From assembly GCA_028289185.1 (NCBI GenBank), contig JAQGGV010000003.1, forward strand, positions 1 through 37,568: 37,568 bases of DNA. The letters run 5' to 3'. The notes under the pieces were generated by a model. The model made no database searches, was not told where the DNA came from, and worked only from the letters and a program-made list of their open reading frames with translations. Source of the DNA: Candidatus Saccharimonadota bacterium (GTDB taxonomy: Bacteria; Patescibacteriota; Saccharimonadia; Saccharimonadales; Saccharimonadaceae). Each line of letters opens with the position of its first letter. Position 1 is the stretch's first letter. A program made the position numbers and the translations under genes. Shown here piece after piece: positions 18,206 through 27,881 of the stretch.

Positions 18206-18739
18206 CTACGCGTCAGTCTTGGGGTGGGACAAGTAATCAATCTCTTTGATAATGTCCAAAAGGGCTTCGGCGCGACGGGTTTCGTCAGTGATTGCTTTGG
18301 CGGCATCGTGGGCAGGGCCGATAAGATTGGTGTCGTCGGTGCTACGGATGAGGAGCAGATATGTGTCGAACTTTTCCTCCGGTGAAACGTTGAGCTTATC
18401 AACAAGCGGACGAAGCTCTACGAGGGCGTCTTGCTTGATTGCAGCAAGTGGGCCGCTGTCCTCGGTTACGACCGCTGGAGCGGGTACAGGAGCTGTAGGA
18501 TAGATCAATGGGGCTGATGGATCAGGTGATAGGTACGGAGGCGTATCCGATGGCTGAGTCGGCAGAGGTGCTGGCATAGGCTGGATAGCAGGGTAAGGTG
18601 AGGGGACGGCACCAGCGTGCTGTACAGGGACTGCCTGGCCATAGGGGTTAGGAACGCCACCAACACTCGCAGCAGCACCAGCTACGTTATCAAGTGCTTT
18701 AACTAAATCCTGTTCGCCCGTACCCTCGGTCATGCCCAC
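18206..18739 (-). CDS. Hypothetical protein with Pro-rich N-terminus and helical C-terminal domain
   Basis: 177-aa ORF; C-terminal LRPLVDKL...EEKFDTYLLLIRSTDD helical domain. Confidence 0.8.
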   Translation of the reverse strand: MGMTEGTGEQDLVKALDNVAGAAASVGGVPNPYGQAVPVQHAGAVPSPYPAIQPMPAPLPTQPSDTPPYLSPDPSAPLIYPTAPVPAPAVVTEDSGPLAAIKQDALVELRPLVDKLNVSPEEKFDTYLLLIRSTDDTNLIGPAHDAAKAITDETRRAEALLDIIKEIDYLSHPKTDA

Positions 18740-18819
18740 CTCGTAATAGTATTGTTGTTATGCTTTAATCTTCCAAAAGTGTATCATAATTACAGTGATA
18801 CTCGCAACAGGAGGAAAAT

Positions 18820-19863
18820 ATGCTTGACGATACGAACATTTTGAAACAGCGCGACCCCAAGAACGCGTTAGGAGTAGCGGCCGATCAATGGCAGCAGGTG
18901 CAATACGGTGCAGAGGTTCTAGACGGGACCCCCGAGAGTCTCAATATTACCAAAGTCGTGATTGCCGGCATGGGCGGAAGCGCTCTGGCGGCTCTGTTAA
19001 TGAAGGCATGGCTAGAAGAAAAGCTAAAGATACCGCTGGAAGTTGTACGTGAGTACGAGTTGCCGACGTATGTTGATGCTACGACGCTGGTTGTCGCCAG
19101 TAGCTACTCGGGCAATACCGAGGAGACAATTGCCTGTCTAGCCCAGGCGGAACAACTTGGTGCGCATCGATCGGTGATTGCAGCGGGTGGCAAGTTGATT
19201 GAGCAGGCAGAAGCAAGTAAATTGCCGCGAGTGCAAATCCCCGCAGGATTGCAGCCACGTATGGCAGTGTTGTTTAACTTGAAGGCGCTAGCCGCATTGT
19301 TGACGAGCTTTGGTGTGTTGTCGAACGAGGTCGTAGAGGAGGTGGCGCAAACAGGTGACTGGCTAAAGAGCGAATCGGATCAGTGGACATCATTGGTACC
19401 GATTGATAAAAACTACGCCAAGCAACTAGCGCTGATTGCCGTGGGCAAGACGCCAGTATTCTATGGCGGTCGACTGACTGGCCCCGTGGCGTATAAATGG
19501 AAGATTAGTTGGAATGAGAACGCCAAGAACGTGTCGTTTTGGAATGTTTATTCCGAAGCAAATCACAATGAATTTATTGGTTGGTCATCGCACCCTATCG
19601 AAAAGCCGTTTGTGATATTTGATATCAAGAGTTCGTTTGAACATGAGCGGATTTTGAAGCGATTTGAGATTACCGATCGATTGCTGAGTGGTATGCGACC
19701 AAAAGCGAATACGATTGAACTTGTGGGCGATACACCACTGAAACAACTACTATGGGGCAGTATATTAGCAGACTTTGTGAGTATCTACTTGGCGGTGCTC
19801 AATGGCGTCGATCCTACCCCCGTTGATTTGGTCGAAAAACTGAAAACCGAACTGGTAAAATAG
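18820..19863 (+). CDS. Bifunctional phosphoglucose/phosphomannose isomerase (SIS fold)
   Basis: GMGGSA, SYSGNTEET, QPRMA, NENAK and EANHNE motifs; SD AGGAGG. Confidence 0.93.
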   Translation: MLDDTNILKQRDPKNALGVAADQWQQVQYGAEVLDGTPESLNITKVVIAGMGGSALAALLMKAWLEEKLKIPLEVVREYELPTYVDATTLVVASSYSGNTEETIACLAQAEQLGAHRSVIAAGGKLIEQAEASKLPRVQIPAGLQPRMAVLFNLKALAALLTSFGVLSNEVVEEVAQTGDWLKSESDQWTSLVPIDKNYAKQLALIAVGKTPVFYGGRLTGPVAYKWKISWNENAKNVSFWNVYSEANHNEFIGWSSHPIEKPFVIFDIKSSFEHERILKRFEITDRLLSGMRPKANTIELVGDTPLKQLLWGSILADFVSIYLAVLNGVDPTPVDLVEKLKTELVK

Positions 19864-19936
19864 CCCGGAAATAACGAGGCCCCCAGAGCCCCGCTATGAT
19901 AACGCGAGGATGGGGGCTTGCGCGCCGGCATAGTGG

Positions 19937-20347
19937 CTAAAAGCCGCCGGCGCAGGGTAGATGGAGACCGGGCACTGGACTACTGAGCGGGCGGAACGCC
20001 ATCGCGAGTTTACGCGGTAGCTTGGGCGCCTGCTCGTCGTAGTTGAACGAGTAGACACCGACGCCAGTGTAGTGGTCGCGGTGGAACGTGCGCCCTATCG
20101 TGATGGCACAGCACATTGGCGAGTAGAAGACGGTAGTTGAGCCGTCTTGTTCTGCGACCGGAGGCAGTACTGTCTTGATAGTGACGCGAAGGCGGTGTGC
20201 ATCGAGCCCACCACCCCAGCGCCAGCTGAAGCTGTGCCGGATGAGCCCAGGGAGCATCTTTGGATCAACCGCAGCCTTTTTCGAGGTGAACGAGGCGGCG
20301 GGTGCCGAGATGATCTTGATGAGCTCTTCGGTGTCCGGAATGGACAT
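19937..20347 (-). CDS. Hypothetical protein (136 aa)
   Basis: SD AAGGAG before ATG, own TATAAT promoter near 20423-20428, C/G-ending codon bias. Confidence 0.7.
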   Translation of the reverse strand: MSIPDTEELIKIISAPAASFTSKKAAVDPKMLPGLIRHSFSWRWGGGLDAHRLRVTIKTVLPPVAEQDGSTTVFYSPMCCAITIGRTFHRDHYTGVGVYSFNYDEQAPKLPRKLAMAFRPLSSPVPGLHLPCAGGF

Positions 20348-20433
20348 GGTTACTCCTTCTGTGAGGGAAAGATCGATCCTAACAAATTTCCGTCATCGTT
20401 GACGGGGGTCAGTTTGAAGATGATTATATCATT

Positions 20434-21669
20434 TTAATGGTATTGGCGCAAGGCTTCGATAGGGTCTTTGCGAGCTGCTCGGACGGCTGGATATAGGCCA
20501 AAGATGAGCCCAACCAAGAGTGAAATGCCAAATGACAGACCAGCAATTGTCCAGTTAAAAACAGGGTCGAACGTCAGGAAGGTACGCGCCACGCCAAATG
20601 CGACCAGGTAGCCGATGACGTAGCCTGTGAGGCCGCCGCCAAGACTCATGGCAAGAGATTCAATCAGGAACTGCCAGGTTATGTGAGTATTCGAGGCGCC
20701 AAGCGATTTACGGATGCCGATTTCGCGCGTACGTTCTGATACGCCAACCAACATAATGTTCATGATGCCAATACCACCGACCAGCAGCGAAATTCCGGCG
20801 ATAGTCGTGAGGGTGGCAGCGACGGTGTAAAAGAGTTCGTTTGCCGGGTGGGCTAGGGCGTCACCGCTCAGAACGACATAATCCTTTTCACCTTGGTGAT
20901 TTGAGGAGAGTTTTTTGTTTACTTGGTCGACAACGCTCGCTAGTTTGCTGTCGTTGGAGGCCCGCAGGTCGATTTGCTGGATAGAAGCGACACCTTGGTT
21001 GAAGGCTTTGCCACTGTCTATACCGATAATGGCAGCGTGATCAAAATCAACATTGTTGTAGTTAACGGGGGTATTTGTAAGTTTGAGGACACCGATGACC
21101 GTAAATGTCATACCGTGCGTGTGGAAGGTACGACCGATAGCTTGGTCTGTGCCATAAAGGTTGACTGCCAGTTGTGTGCCAATGACAGCGGTGTCCTTGT
21201 TGGTGACACTGTCAATGAACTGACCATCACTCATAGGAAGCGAAACAATGTCGGTCAGTGAGGGTGTTGTTGCCAGGATTTCGGCATCGTTTGGCGTGGT
21301 ACTGCCGGTAGTGACATTGCCGCCAATCAACATCAATGGAGCGACTGCGCTGACACCAGGAATATTGCCAATATCACTCACGTCTTGCTGCGTCAGGCTG
21401 CTGGTTGGTTGGGCACCGGCAAGTGTGGCGGTGATGTTGTTGACCTGCGTGTCATGGTCTGGTGAGCCTGGTCGTACGACGGCGATTGCGCCACCGGCCT
21501 GAGCAACTTGGTCGCCGATGATTTTGGTTGCACCGGCGCTGAGGGATAGGACGACGGTGATACTTGCGATACCGATAGTAACGCCAAGAACCGTGAGGCC
21601 TGTACGCAGGCGATTGGCGCGCAGGGACTCATAGGCGTTAGCCAGGTGGTTGGTGATAAGTAGTCGCAT
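20434..21669 (-). CDS. ABC transporter permease (MacB/FtsX family)
   Basis: RTGLTVLGVTIG, GGIGIMNIMLVGVSERTREIGIRKSLGA and PIEALR motifs. Confidence 0.95.
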   Translation of the reverse strand: MRLLITNHLANAYESLRANRLRTGLTVLGVTIGIASITVVLSLSAGATKIIGDQVAQAGGAIAVVRPGSPDHDTQVNNITATLAGAQPTSSLTQQDVSDIGNIPGVSAVAPLMLIGGNVTTGSTTPNDAEILATTPSLTDIVSLPMSDGQFIDSVTNKDTAVIGTQLAVNLYGTDQAIGRTFHTHGMTFTVIGVLKLTNTPVNYNNVDFDHAAIIGIDSGKAFNQGVASIQQIDLRASNDSKLASVVDQVNKKLSSNHQGEKDYVVLSGDALAHPANELFYTVAATLTTIAGISLLVGGIGIMNIMLVGVSERTREIGIRKSLGASNTHITWQFLIESLAMSLGGGLTGYVIGYLVAFGVARTFLTFDPVFNWTIAGLSFGISLLVGLIFGLYPAVRAARKDPIEALRQYH

Positions 21670-22466
21670 TATGATTTCCTCGCCTTTGTTTTACGAGGCT
21701 TTTTGGCGGGTTTGCGTTTGGTACCAAGAGGCTTTTTGGGTGCGAGTTCACCCTTTTTTGGTCGTGGAGCTTTGGTATCACTGTCGATGCGACCGTCAAC
21801 CATATGAATGACTCGGCTGGCGTAACTGGTCAGGTCGGGGTTGTGAGTGACCATGATGATAGTGTTGCCACGTCGGTGGATGTCGGCCAGTTCCTCCATG
21901 ATGACATGGGACGACCGACTGTCCAGGTTGCCAGTCGGCTCGTCAGCCAGGACAATTGACGGGTTGTTGACGAGTGCACGGGCGATGGCGACGCGCTGTG
22001 TCTGGCCACCGGATAGTTGCCAAGGCATGTAATATTCACGCTCGGATAGGTGGAAGGTCCCGAGCATCTTGCTGGCTTCCTGGAGACGTTTTGTTTTGTG
22101 CTTGCCCTGATAGGTGAGGGGTAGTGCAACGTTTTCGATAACGTTTAGGCGTGAAACAAGGTTGAAATTCTGAAAGACGAGGCCGATTTGATTGCTGCGG
22201 ATTCGTGCTCGCCCAGCGCTCGTCATAGTCTCGACGTTGCGGCCATCCAGTTCGTAGTCACCGTCGTCACCTCGGTCGAGTAGGCCTAGTATGTTAAGAA
22301 GTGTCGTCTTGCCACAACCGCTTGGTCCCATGATGGCGATGAACTCGCCTTTGTCGATCGTCAGGTCCAGCCCATCCAGGACGGTATGCTCGGCATCACC
22401 AAGACCGTACCTCTTTGTCAGGCCGCTTAGCGCAATAACTGGCGGAGTTAGTTCATCAGTTTCCAT
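21669..22466 (-). CDS. ABC transporter ATP-binding protein (LolD/MacB type) with Lys-rich tail
   Basis: [24 protein letters not shown] and VTH motifs; stop overlaps the permease start. Confidence 0.95.
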   Translation of the reverse strand: METDELTPPVIALSGLTKRYGLGDAEHTVLDGLDLTIDKGEFIAIMGPSGCGKTTLLNILGLLDRGDDGDYELDGRNVETMTSAGRARIRSNQIGLVFQNFNLVSRLNVIENVALPLTYQGKHKTKRLQEASKMLGTFHLSEREYYMPWQLSGGQTQRVAIARALVNNPSIVLADEPTGNLDSRSSHVIMEELADIHRRGNTIIMVTHNPDLTSYASRVIHMVDGRIDSDTKAPRPKKGELAPKKPLGTKRKPAKKPRKTKARKS

Positions 22467-22544
22467 TGACTCTATTATAGGGAGCGTTACAGGGGCAACG
22501 CAACCGTAAGCGAGTGTCTTTTCTACAACTGTTAAAATAGATAG

Positions 22545-22680
22545 GTTGCATTGTTATTTCGCACAGCTTGCTGTGCCCCAAATCATCAAACCAAGCTTGC
22601 TGTTTGATGATTTGAGAGGAGGAATAACGGGAGTGTGCCAGCTTTCGAGTTTACTCGGAAGCGAGAACACTGAGTGCATT
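22545..22680 (+). ncRNA. Putative structured RNA or tRNA 5' leader
   Basis: Follows TAAAAT (22533-22538); nested stems with G-U pairs (see findings). Confidence 0.45.
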
Positions 22681-22687
22681 CCGACGA

Positions 22688-22775
22688 GGAGAGGTGTCCG
22701 AGTGGTTGAAGGAGCACGCTTGGAAAGCGTGTGTGCGGCAACGTACCGCAGGTTCGAATCCTGTTCTCTCCGCCA
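22688..22775 (+). tRNA. tRNA-Ser(GGA)
   Basis: GGAGAGG/TCTCTCC acceptor stem, CACGC-TTGGAAA-GCGTG anticodon arm, long variable arm, GGTTCGAATCC T-arm, encoded CCA. Confidence 0.97.
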
Positions 22776-22812
22776 AGAAAATAGACTAGGCAGATGCCTA
22801 GTCTATTTTCTT
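22775..22812. terminator. Bidirectional terminator
   Basis: AAGAAAATAGACTAGGCA-GA-TGCCTAGTCTATTTTCTT perfect inverted repeat between the tRNA and a convergent CDS. Confidence 0.85.
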
Positions 22813-22828
22813 GCTCGATACTTCGCTA

Positions 22829-23407
22829 TTAATCGGTGTCGACAGTACTTGGACTGACAACAACCAAATCCGTACCTTCAGAATCCTTCAGTTCAATAAG
22901 AGTGAAATTCTCGTCTTTGTAGATGTTGTCATCCTGCTTTTTGATGTGGTTAATCTGGGAGAGTGCCTTTGTTGTCACGGTGATGGAATCCTGCACACTC
23001 AGGGGTGCAACCTGACCATCGTGTTCGGTTTCATAGGCATGTTCTGCCTGTTCGGCTAGGCCGCCGGCACCATCAATGATGACAAATGATTGTTCACCAG
23101 TTTGGTCGAGCGTCATATTTGGGATGGTCGCAGGAGAAAGTGTCGAATCATGACTATAGCTAGCCTGAATGTAGAGGAGCTGATCCTGTGTATCATGGCT
23201 GAGGTCTGTGACGTATTCAAAATGTGCTTGTTCGCTTGTATCAATAGAAGCTGCGGCTTTGTCCGGCTCGACGGTGTTTCCTACGAAGTTATGCAGGCTA
23301 AGCACGCCAGCCACGGCTGCTGCACCGGCCGCGGTTGCGACACCGACGGTTACTACGCGCGAACGTTCAGAGGTAGAAGGAGATTCGTTTTTGTTTTTAA
23401 GGCTCAT
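22829..23407 (-). CDS. Hypothetical membrane-anchored acidic protein
   Basis: 192-aa ORF with an N-terminal hydrophobic helix; -10-like element 6 nt upstream. Confidence 0.75.
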   Translation of the reverse strand: MSLKNKNESPSTSERSRVVTVGVATAAGAAAVAGVLSLHNFVGNTVEPDKAAASIDTSEQAHFEYVTDLSHDTQDQLLYIQASYSHDSTLSPATIPNMTLDQTGEQSFVIIDGAGGLAEQAEHAYETEHDGQVAPLSVQDSITVTTKALSQINHIKKQDDNIYKDENFTLIELKDSEGTDLVVVSPSTVDTD

Positions 23408-23462
23408 GCTTATAATTTACCATACATAAGCATAATTGTCAATGTTATGGTAACATGATGCA

Positions 23463-24149
23463 ATGAATATTGATCATCATCTCCAACAGGCCATCCTGGA
23501 AAAACTCGCCCAAAGCGGCCAGCTTGTTCGTTATAGCGACCTAAAAGATGACACGATCGAGAATAGTCTGTTTAGCTACCACCTGAACAAGCTGATTGAT
23601 CGCAAGATGGTAGACAAGACCGACGATGGCTATAGATTGAGCATCGATGGTGCGCGTTGGCTGAACGATAACGGCTTTGCGCTGCGTCAGAGCGAGACTC
23701 TGCGTGTCTATGTAGCGCTGGTCATCCAAAACGATGCTGGTGAATACTTGGTAGGACAGCGAACGGGCCAGTTCAAGTCGACAATCAACGACTATATCTT
23801 GCCATCAAATGCCTATGTAAATGAACTGGACCTATCGGATCAAATCGACACTGCCATTGCGACATTCATACCGAATGATAACCTAGGGGACATAACTGAC
23901 TACGGCTTTGTCCAGATCAAGGCCGCGTACGTGGACGATGTTGTGTTGCGCTCGTTGTTTCATGTGTCATATTGTTATGTCACCAATTTTGAGCCAACCA
24001 ATACCAAACAGGCGAGCGAATACACCTGGATGAGCAAGGACGAAATCGACAAAATAAAACATCCGTCCGCTGGAATTCTGCGCGAAATTATTGATTATAC
24101 CCAAGATGCTGATAACCACCACGAAACCCCTCTTTTTTTCGGTGATTAG
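23463..24149 (+). CDS. wHTH plus NUDIX-like domain protein (probable regulator)
   Basis: RYSDLK...NSLFSYHLNKL...YRLS winged helix; C-terminal VALVIQND.GEYLVGQR NUDIX-like strands without an intact NUDIX box. Confidence 0.75.
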   Translation: MNIDHHLQQAILEKLAQSGQLVRYSDLKDDTIENSLFSYHLNKLIDRKMVDKTDDGYRLSIDGARWLNDNGFALRQSETLRVYVALVIQNDAGEYLVGQRTGQFKSTINDYILPSNAYVNELDLSDQIDTAIATFIPNDNLGDITDYGFVQIKAAYVDDVVLRSLFHVSYCYVTNFEPTNTKQASEYTWMSKDEIDKIKHPSAGILREIIDYTQDADNHHETPLFFGD

Positions 24150-24210
24150 GTAAAAATTCCTTTACTTACTTATCGGTCGGTTCTCTCTACTATGGTGGTA
24201 AGGAGAACTA

Positions 24211-24324
24211 ATGATGAAAATGCTACTGAATATGGGCGCTGGTTACGTGTGGTGGAAAGACGACACCCAGGACGAGCCAGTCGCAGTGGAACAACAGAGT
24301 GAAACGAACGAGGAAGAGTCATGA
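24211..24324 (+). CDS. Small acidic protein (37 aa)
   Basis: SD AAGGAG; MMKMLLNMGAGYVWWKDDTQDEPVAVEQQSETNEEES. Confidence 0.55.
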   Translation: MMKMLLNMGAGYVWWKDDTQDEPVAVEQQSETNEEES

Positions 24325-24413
24325 TTGCAGTCAACCTCGCAGCCTATTTTAGTGGTCTGTGGTACTCGGTACCGTCGGTGATTGTAACCGTTAAAGACGA
24401 AATAGATAGTTAG
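24321..24413 (+). CDS. Possible coupled small peptide (30 aa)
   Basis: ATGA overlap with the previous ORF; MIAVNLAAYFSGLWYSVPSVIVTVKDEIDS. Confidence 0.35.
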   Translation: MIAVNLAAYFSGLWYSVPSVIVTVKDEIDS

Positions 24414-24997
24414 CGCAGGGCTCGTTCGATACGTCTATCTGGCACAACCCACATAATCGCGACGAGAACAAACAGTATCTGTGAAACGACCGGCATGATA
24501 AAGGCAAAGATAATCGCCAGAATGTAAATCGCCGGCGATAGTTTGCCCTTATAATCTGCACCGACGGCACGAACGAATGGTGAGTTTTTGCCGAGTGTAG
24601 CAAAGATAGCCAGCTGCAAATTGTAGTAGGCAATTGCTGCGCCAAGGAGGACTACTCCGTAGACGGCCGTCGGAGCAAGAGCCTCGTGATTTTCACCCAT
24701 CCAGGCGGTCACAAACGGTACCAGTGTCAAAAAGAACAATAGCCCCATATTTGACCACATGATTCTGCCATTAACACCCTTGGCAGCCTGTAGCAGGTGA
24801 TGATGGTTATTCCAATAGATTGCCAGGAAGATAAAACTCAGTATATATGCAAGGAATGTTGGTACCATCGGCGCAAGGTCAGAAAAGCTGTTGCCTGTCG
24901 GTGGTCGGAACTCAATCACCATGATTGTGATAATGATTGCAATGACACCGTCGCTAAATGCCTCTAGGCGGTTGGTTTCGAATAGACCACTCTTCAT
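24410..24997 (-). CDS. TMEM175-family potassium channel
   Basis: RLEAFSDGVIAIIITIM and YWNNHH motifs, six TM segments; start ATG 24997, 6 nt after TATAAT. Confidence 0.93.
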   Translation of the reverse strand: MKSGLFETNRLEAFSDGVIAIIITIMVIEFRPPTGNSFSDLAPMVPTFLAYILSFIFLAIYWNNHHHLLQAAKGVNGRIMWSNMGLLFFLTLVPFVTAWMGENHEALAPTAVYGVVLLGAAIAYYNLQLAIFATLGKNSPFVRAVGADYKGKLSPAIYILAIIFAFIMPVVSQILFVLVAIMWVVPDRRIERALR

Positions 24998-25055
24998 AGG
25001 GACATTATATACGACTGTGGTTTGCGACATGTGGGGCCAGGAGGCTAAAATGGAC

Positions 25056-25215
25056 ACACCACATATAGCGTAGTGTTTCTTATTTACAACGCTACGCAAG
25101 CAGTTTAAGGTGTTAATCAAGCCATAAACGGCATGTGGTGAAAAAAACACCCAAAAAGTGCTTGAAAACCATACATGTAGGGTCTATCATTCTACATAGA
25201 CACTACATATGTAGT
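25056..25215 (+). promoter_or_regulatory. nrdA promoter with NrdR-box-like sites
   Basis: ACACCACATATAGCGT (25056-25071), ACCATACATGTAGGGT (25168-25183) and ACACTACATATGTAGT (25200-25215); the last two are 32 bp apart and flank the -10 box of TTGAAA-17-TATCAT. Confidence 0.7.
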
Positions 25216-25377
25216 AGTTCAACAAAAACACATATTTTGCAAGACGGAGGGAAACCACCGCCAAATCGTTAGATAGGGCATCTTCTTGCATTGTCGAAAA
25301 AAGTGACCCGAGAGACCACTGGAGAACGACGGGAACGTGTTGAGAAAAAACATAAAACAGTTAACCTAAGGGGACAT

Positions 25378-27789
25378 ATGAGCATACACGTGGTAAAACG
25401 CGACGGCACCCGCGCACCATTTGACGCCAACCAGGTCAACCTCGCTTTGGTCGAAGCCAGTGAGGGGCTTCCTGACCAGATTAGCAAGGTCGTGCAAGTC
25501 GCATCTGAACTACAATTAACATTATTTGATGGCATCACAACTGAACAGTTGGACGAGGCTGTCATTCACACTGCGTTGCAGAACGTCAAAGACGATCCTG
25601 ACTTTGATACGATCGCTGCGAGGTTGCAGCTAAAGAACCTATACAAGAAGGTTCTGGGACATTACGACAACACCGCGGAGCTAAAGAAGCTGCACGCCAG
25701 CAAGTTTCCAGAGTACCTAAAGCAAGGTATTACTGACGGCCTGCTGGACAAGCGCATGACTGCCAAGACCTTTGATCTGAAGAAGCTGTCAGCAGCGCTT
25801 GACCCTAGTCGTGACGGCCTAATGCGCTACCTGGGCGTCATCACCAACCGTAACCGCTACAGTCTACGCAAAAACAGTGGTGAATCAATCGAAGTACCAC
25901 AGTTTACGGCTATGCGTATTGCTATGGGGCTGAGCCTACTCGAGAAAGATCCAACCGCAACGGCACTCGAATTCTACGAATACATTAGTAAGCTCGATGC
26001 CAACCCAGCTGGCTCGACTCGTATTAACGCTGGTGGTTCATTCCCGCAACTATCGAACTGTTTCTTGTTTGATATCGAGGATGACATGGAAGCAATTGCT
26101 CGTGCTGTACGCGACACGATGTGGATCGCAAAGGGCACCGGTGGCATAGGTATCGGTATCACCAAGCTGCGTGCTAGCGGTAGTCCAGTCCGAACGACAA
26201 ACAGTGAATCAACCGGCCCAATCCCATTCATCAAGATGCTCGATACGGCACTGTTCGCAGTCAGCCGCAAGGGCAAGAAACAGGGTGCTGCGGCCATCTT
26301 TATGGAGAACTGGCACATGAACTTCCCGCAGTTTTTGGATTTGAAGCAAAACTCGGGCGATCCATACCTCCGTACTCGTATTGCGAACACGGCGGTCATC
26401 CTAAGCGACGAATTCATGCGTCGCGTCCAGAATGAAGAGCCTTGGTACTTGTTTGATCCATCTGAAACAGCCGATTTGATCGAACTCTACGGAAGTGCAT
26501 TTGCAAAACGCTACAACGAATATGTTGAGCTAGCCGAAACAGGCAAGATGCGTGACTTTGTGAAAGTGAAGGCTCGTGAGCAATACCACCAGATTTTGAC
26601 AGTACTACAGGCGACGAGTCATCCATGGCTGACCTGGAAGGACACAATGAACGTCCGGGCGCTTAACAATAACACTGGTACGATTCACCACTCCAACCTG
26701 TGTACTGAAATCACGCTACCACAGGACAAGGACAACACTGCTGTCTGTAACCTGTCGAGCATCAATCTGTCTGTCCACCTTCGTGATGACAAGACATGGG
26801 ACTGGGATCGCCTGAAATCAGCTGTGCGTATTTCTATCCGCCAGCTGGATAACTTGGTTGATTTGACCAACACACCGATTCCACAGGCTATGCACTCTAA
26901 CATTCAGAACCGTGCAGTCGGCCTAGGTATCATGGGCTTTGCCGATGTACTGGAAAAGCTTGGCCACAGTTATGAATCAGAGGAAGCGTATGAACTCATG
27001 GACCAATTGACTGAGTTCATCAGTTATCATGCCATCGAAGCGAGCGCGGATTTGGCCAAGGAACGTGGTAGCTACCCAACATTCAAGGGCAGCGGCTGGA
27101 GCAAGGGCATATTGCCACTCGATACACTCGACCAATTGGAACTCGACCGCGGCGTCAAACTCGAAATCAGCCGCAAGGCACGTCTGGATTGGGAAAAACT
27201 ACGCGCCAAGGTGAAAAAGGGTATGCGAAACGCAACCCTGATGGCAATCGCGCCAACCGCCAACAATGCACACGTTTCCGGTACAACACCGGGCATCGAC
27301 CCACAATTTGCACAGATTTTCAGTCGTTCAACACTCAACGGTAAGTTCCTCGAGGTCAATGTGAACCTGGTTCGCGACCTGCGTGCAATCGGTCTATGGG
27401 ACGAGGTTAAAGAGGACGTTTTGCGCCTACAAGGCGACGTCCAACAGATTGCGGCCATTCCACAGCACATCAAGGATGTTTACAAGACAAGCTTCCAGCT
27501 GAGCCCCTACGCCTTTATCGAAGTCGCTGCACGGGCACAGAAGTGGGTTGATCAAGCAATCAGCCGTAACATGTATCTGGATACGCGCGACGTCAACGAA
27601 TATGAAGACATTTACATGGCTGCATGGAAGCGCGGACTGAAAACGACCTACTACCTGCACGTCAAACCTCGACATACGGCCGAACAAAGTACCGTCAAGG
27701 TTAATAAAGCTGAATCACTTTCCGGGACTGGACCACGTAAAGCAGGCTTTGGCTTCGCCAAAAAGCAGACTGTCGGGGTGGAAACCTAG
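25378..27789 (+). CDS. nrdA: Ribonucleoside-diphosphate reductase class I alpha subunit with ATP cone, lacking C-terminal cysteines
   Basis: VVKRDG ATP cone, LSNCF, SNLCTEI, VCNL, APTAN and KTTYY motifs; SD AAGGGGA before ATG 25378. Confidence 0.96.
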   Translation: MSIHVVKRDGTRAPFDANQVNLALVEASEGLPDQISKVVQVASELQLTLFDGITTEQLDEAVIHTALQNVKDDPDFDTIAARLQLKNLYKKVLGHYDNTAELKKLHASKFPEYLKQGITDGLLDKRMTAKTFDLKKLSAALDPSRDGLMRYLGVITNRNRYSLRKNSGESIEVPQFTAMRIAMGLSLLEKDPTATALEFYEYISKLDANPAGSTRINAGGSFPQLSNCFLFDIEDDMEAIARAVRDTMWIAKGTGGIGIGITKLRASGSPVRTTNSESTGPIPFIKMLDTALFAVSRKGKKQGAAAIFMENWHMNFPQFLDLKQNSGDPYLRTRIANTAVILSDEFMRRVQNEEPWYLFDPSETADLIELYGSAFAKRYNEYVELAETGKMRDFVKVKAREQYHQILTVLQATSHPWLTWKDTMNVRALNNNTGTIHHSNLCTEITLPQDKDNTAVCNLSSINLSVHLRDDKTWDWDRLKSAVRISIRQLDNLVDLTNTPIPQAMHSNIQNRAVGLGIMGFADVLEKLGHSYESEEAYELMDQLTEFISYHAIEASADLAKERGSYPTFKGSGWSKGILPLDTLDQLELDRGVKLEISRKARLDWEKLRAKVKKGMRNATLMAIAPTANNAHVSGTTPGIDPQFAQIFSRSTLNGKFLEVNVNLVRDLRAIGLWDEVKEDVLRLQGDVQQIAAIPQHIKDVYKTSFQLSPYAFIEVAARAQKWVDQAISRNMYLDTRDVNEYEDIYMAAWKRGLKTTYYLHVKPRHTAEQSTVKVNKAESLSGTGPRKAGFGFAKKQTVGVET

Positions 27790-27881
27790 CCTATGGGGAA
27801 ACAGTACAGATAGCACAAAAAACAGAGAGAAAAGACTAAAATTTAACGGCACCAAAAAGGGTATAAGGGGATAATTAAACT

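Noticed and set aside
23417..23453. TTACCATA...TATGGTAA inverted repeat as an operator
   Set aside because: Explained by two divergent extended -10 boxes of leaderless genes.
22776..25000. Genomic island integrated at tRNA-Ser
   Set aside because: No integrase and no duplicated tRNA 3' end seen in the window.
25240..25345. Cobalamin riboswitch in the nrdA leader (CCACTG...GGGAA)
   Set aside because: Only fragments match; the conserved core and B12 box are absent.
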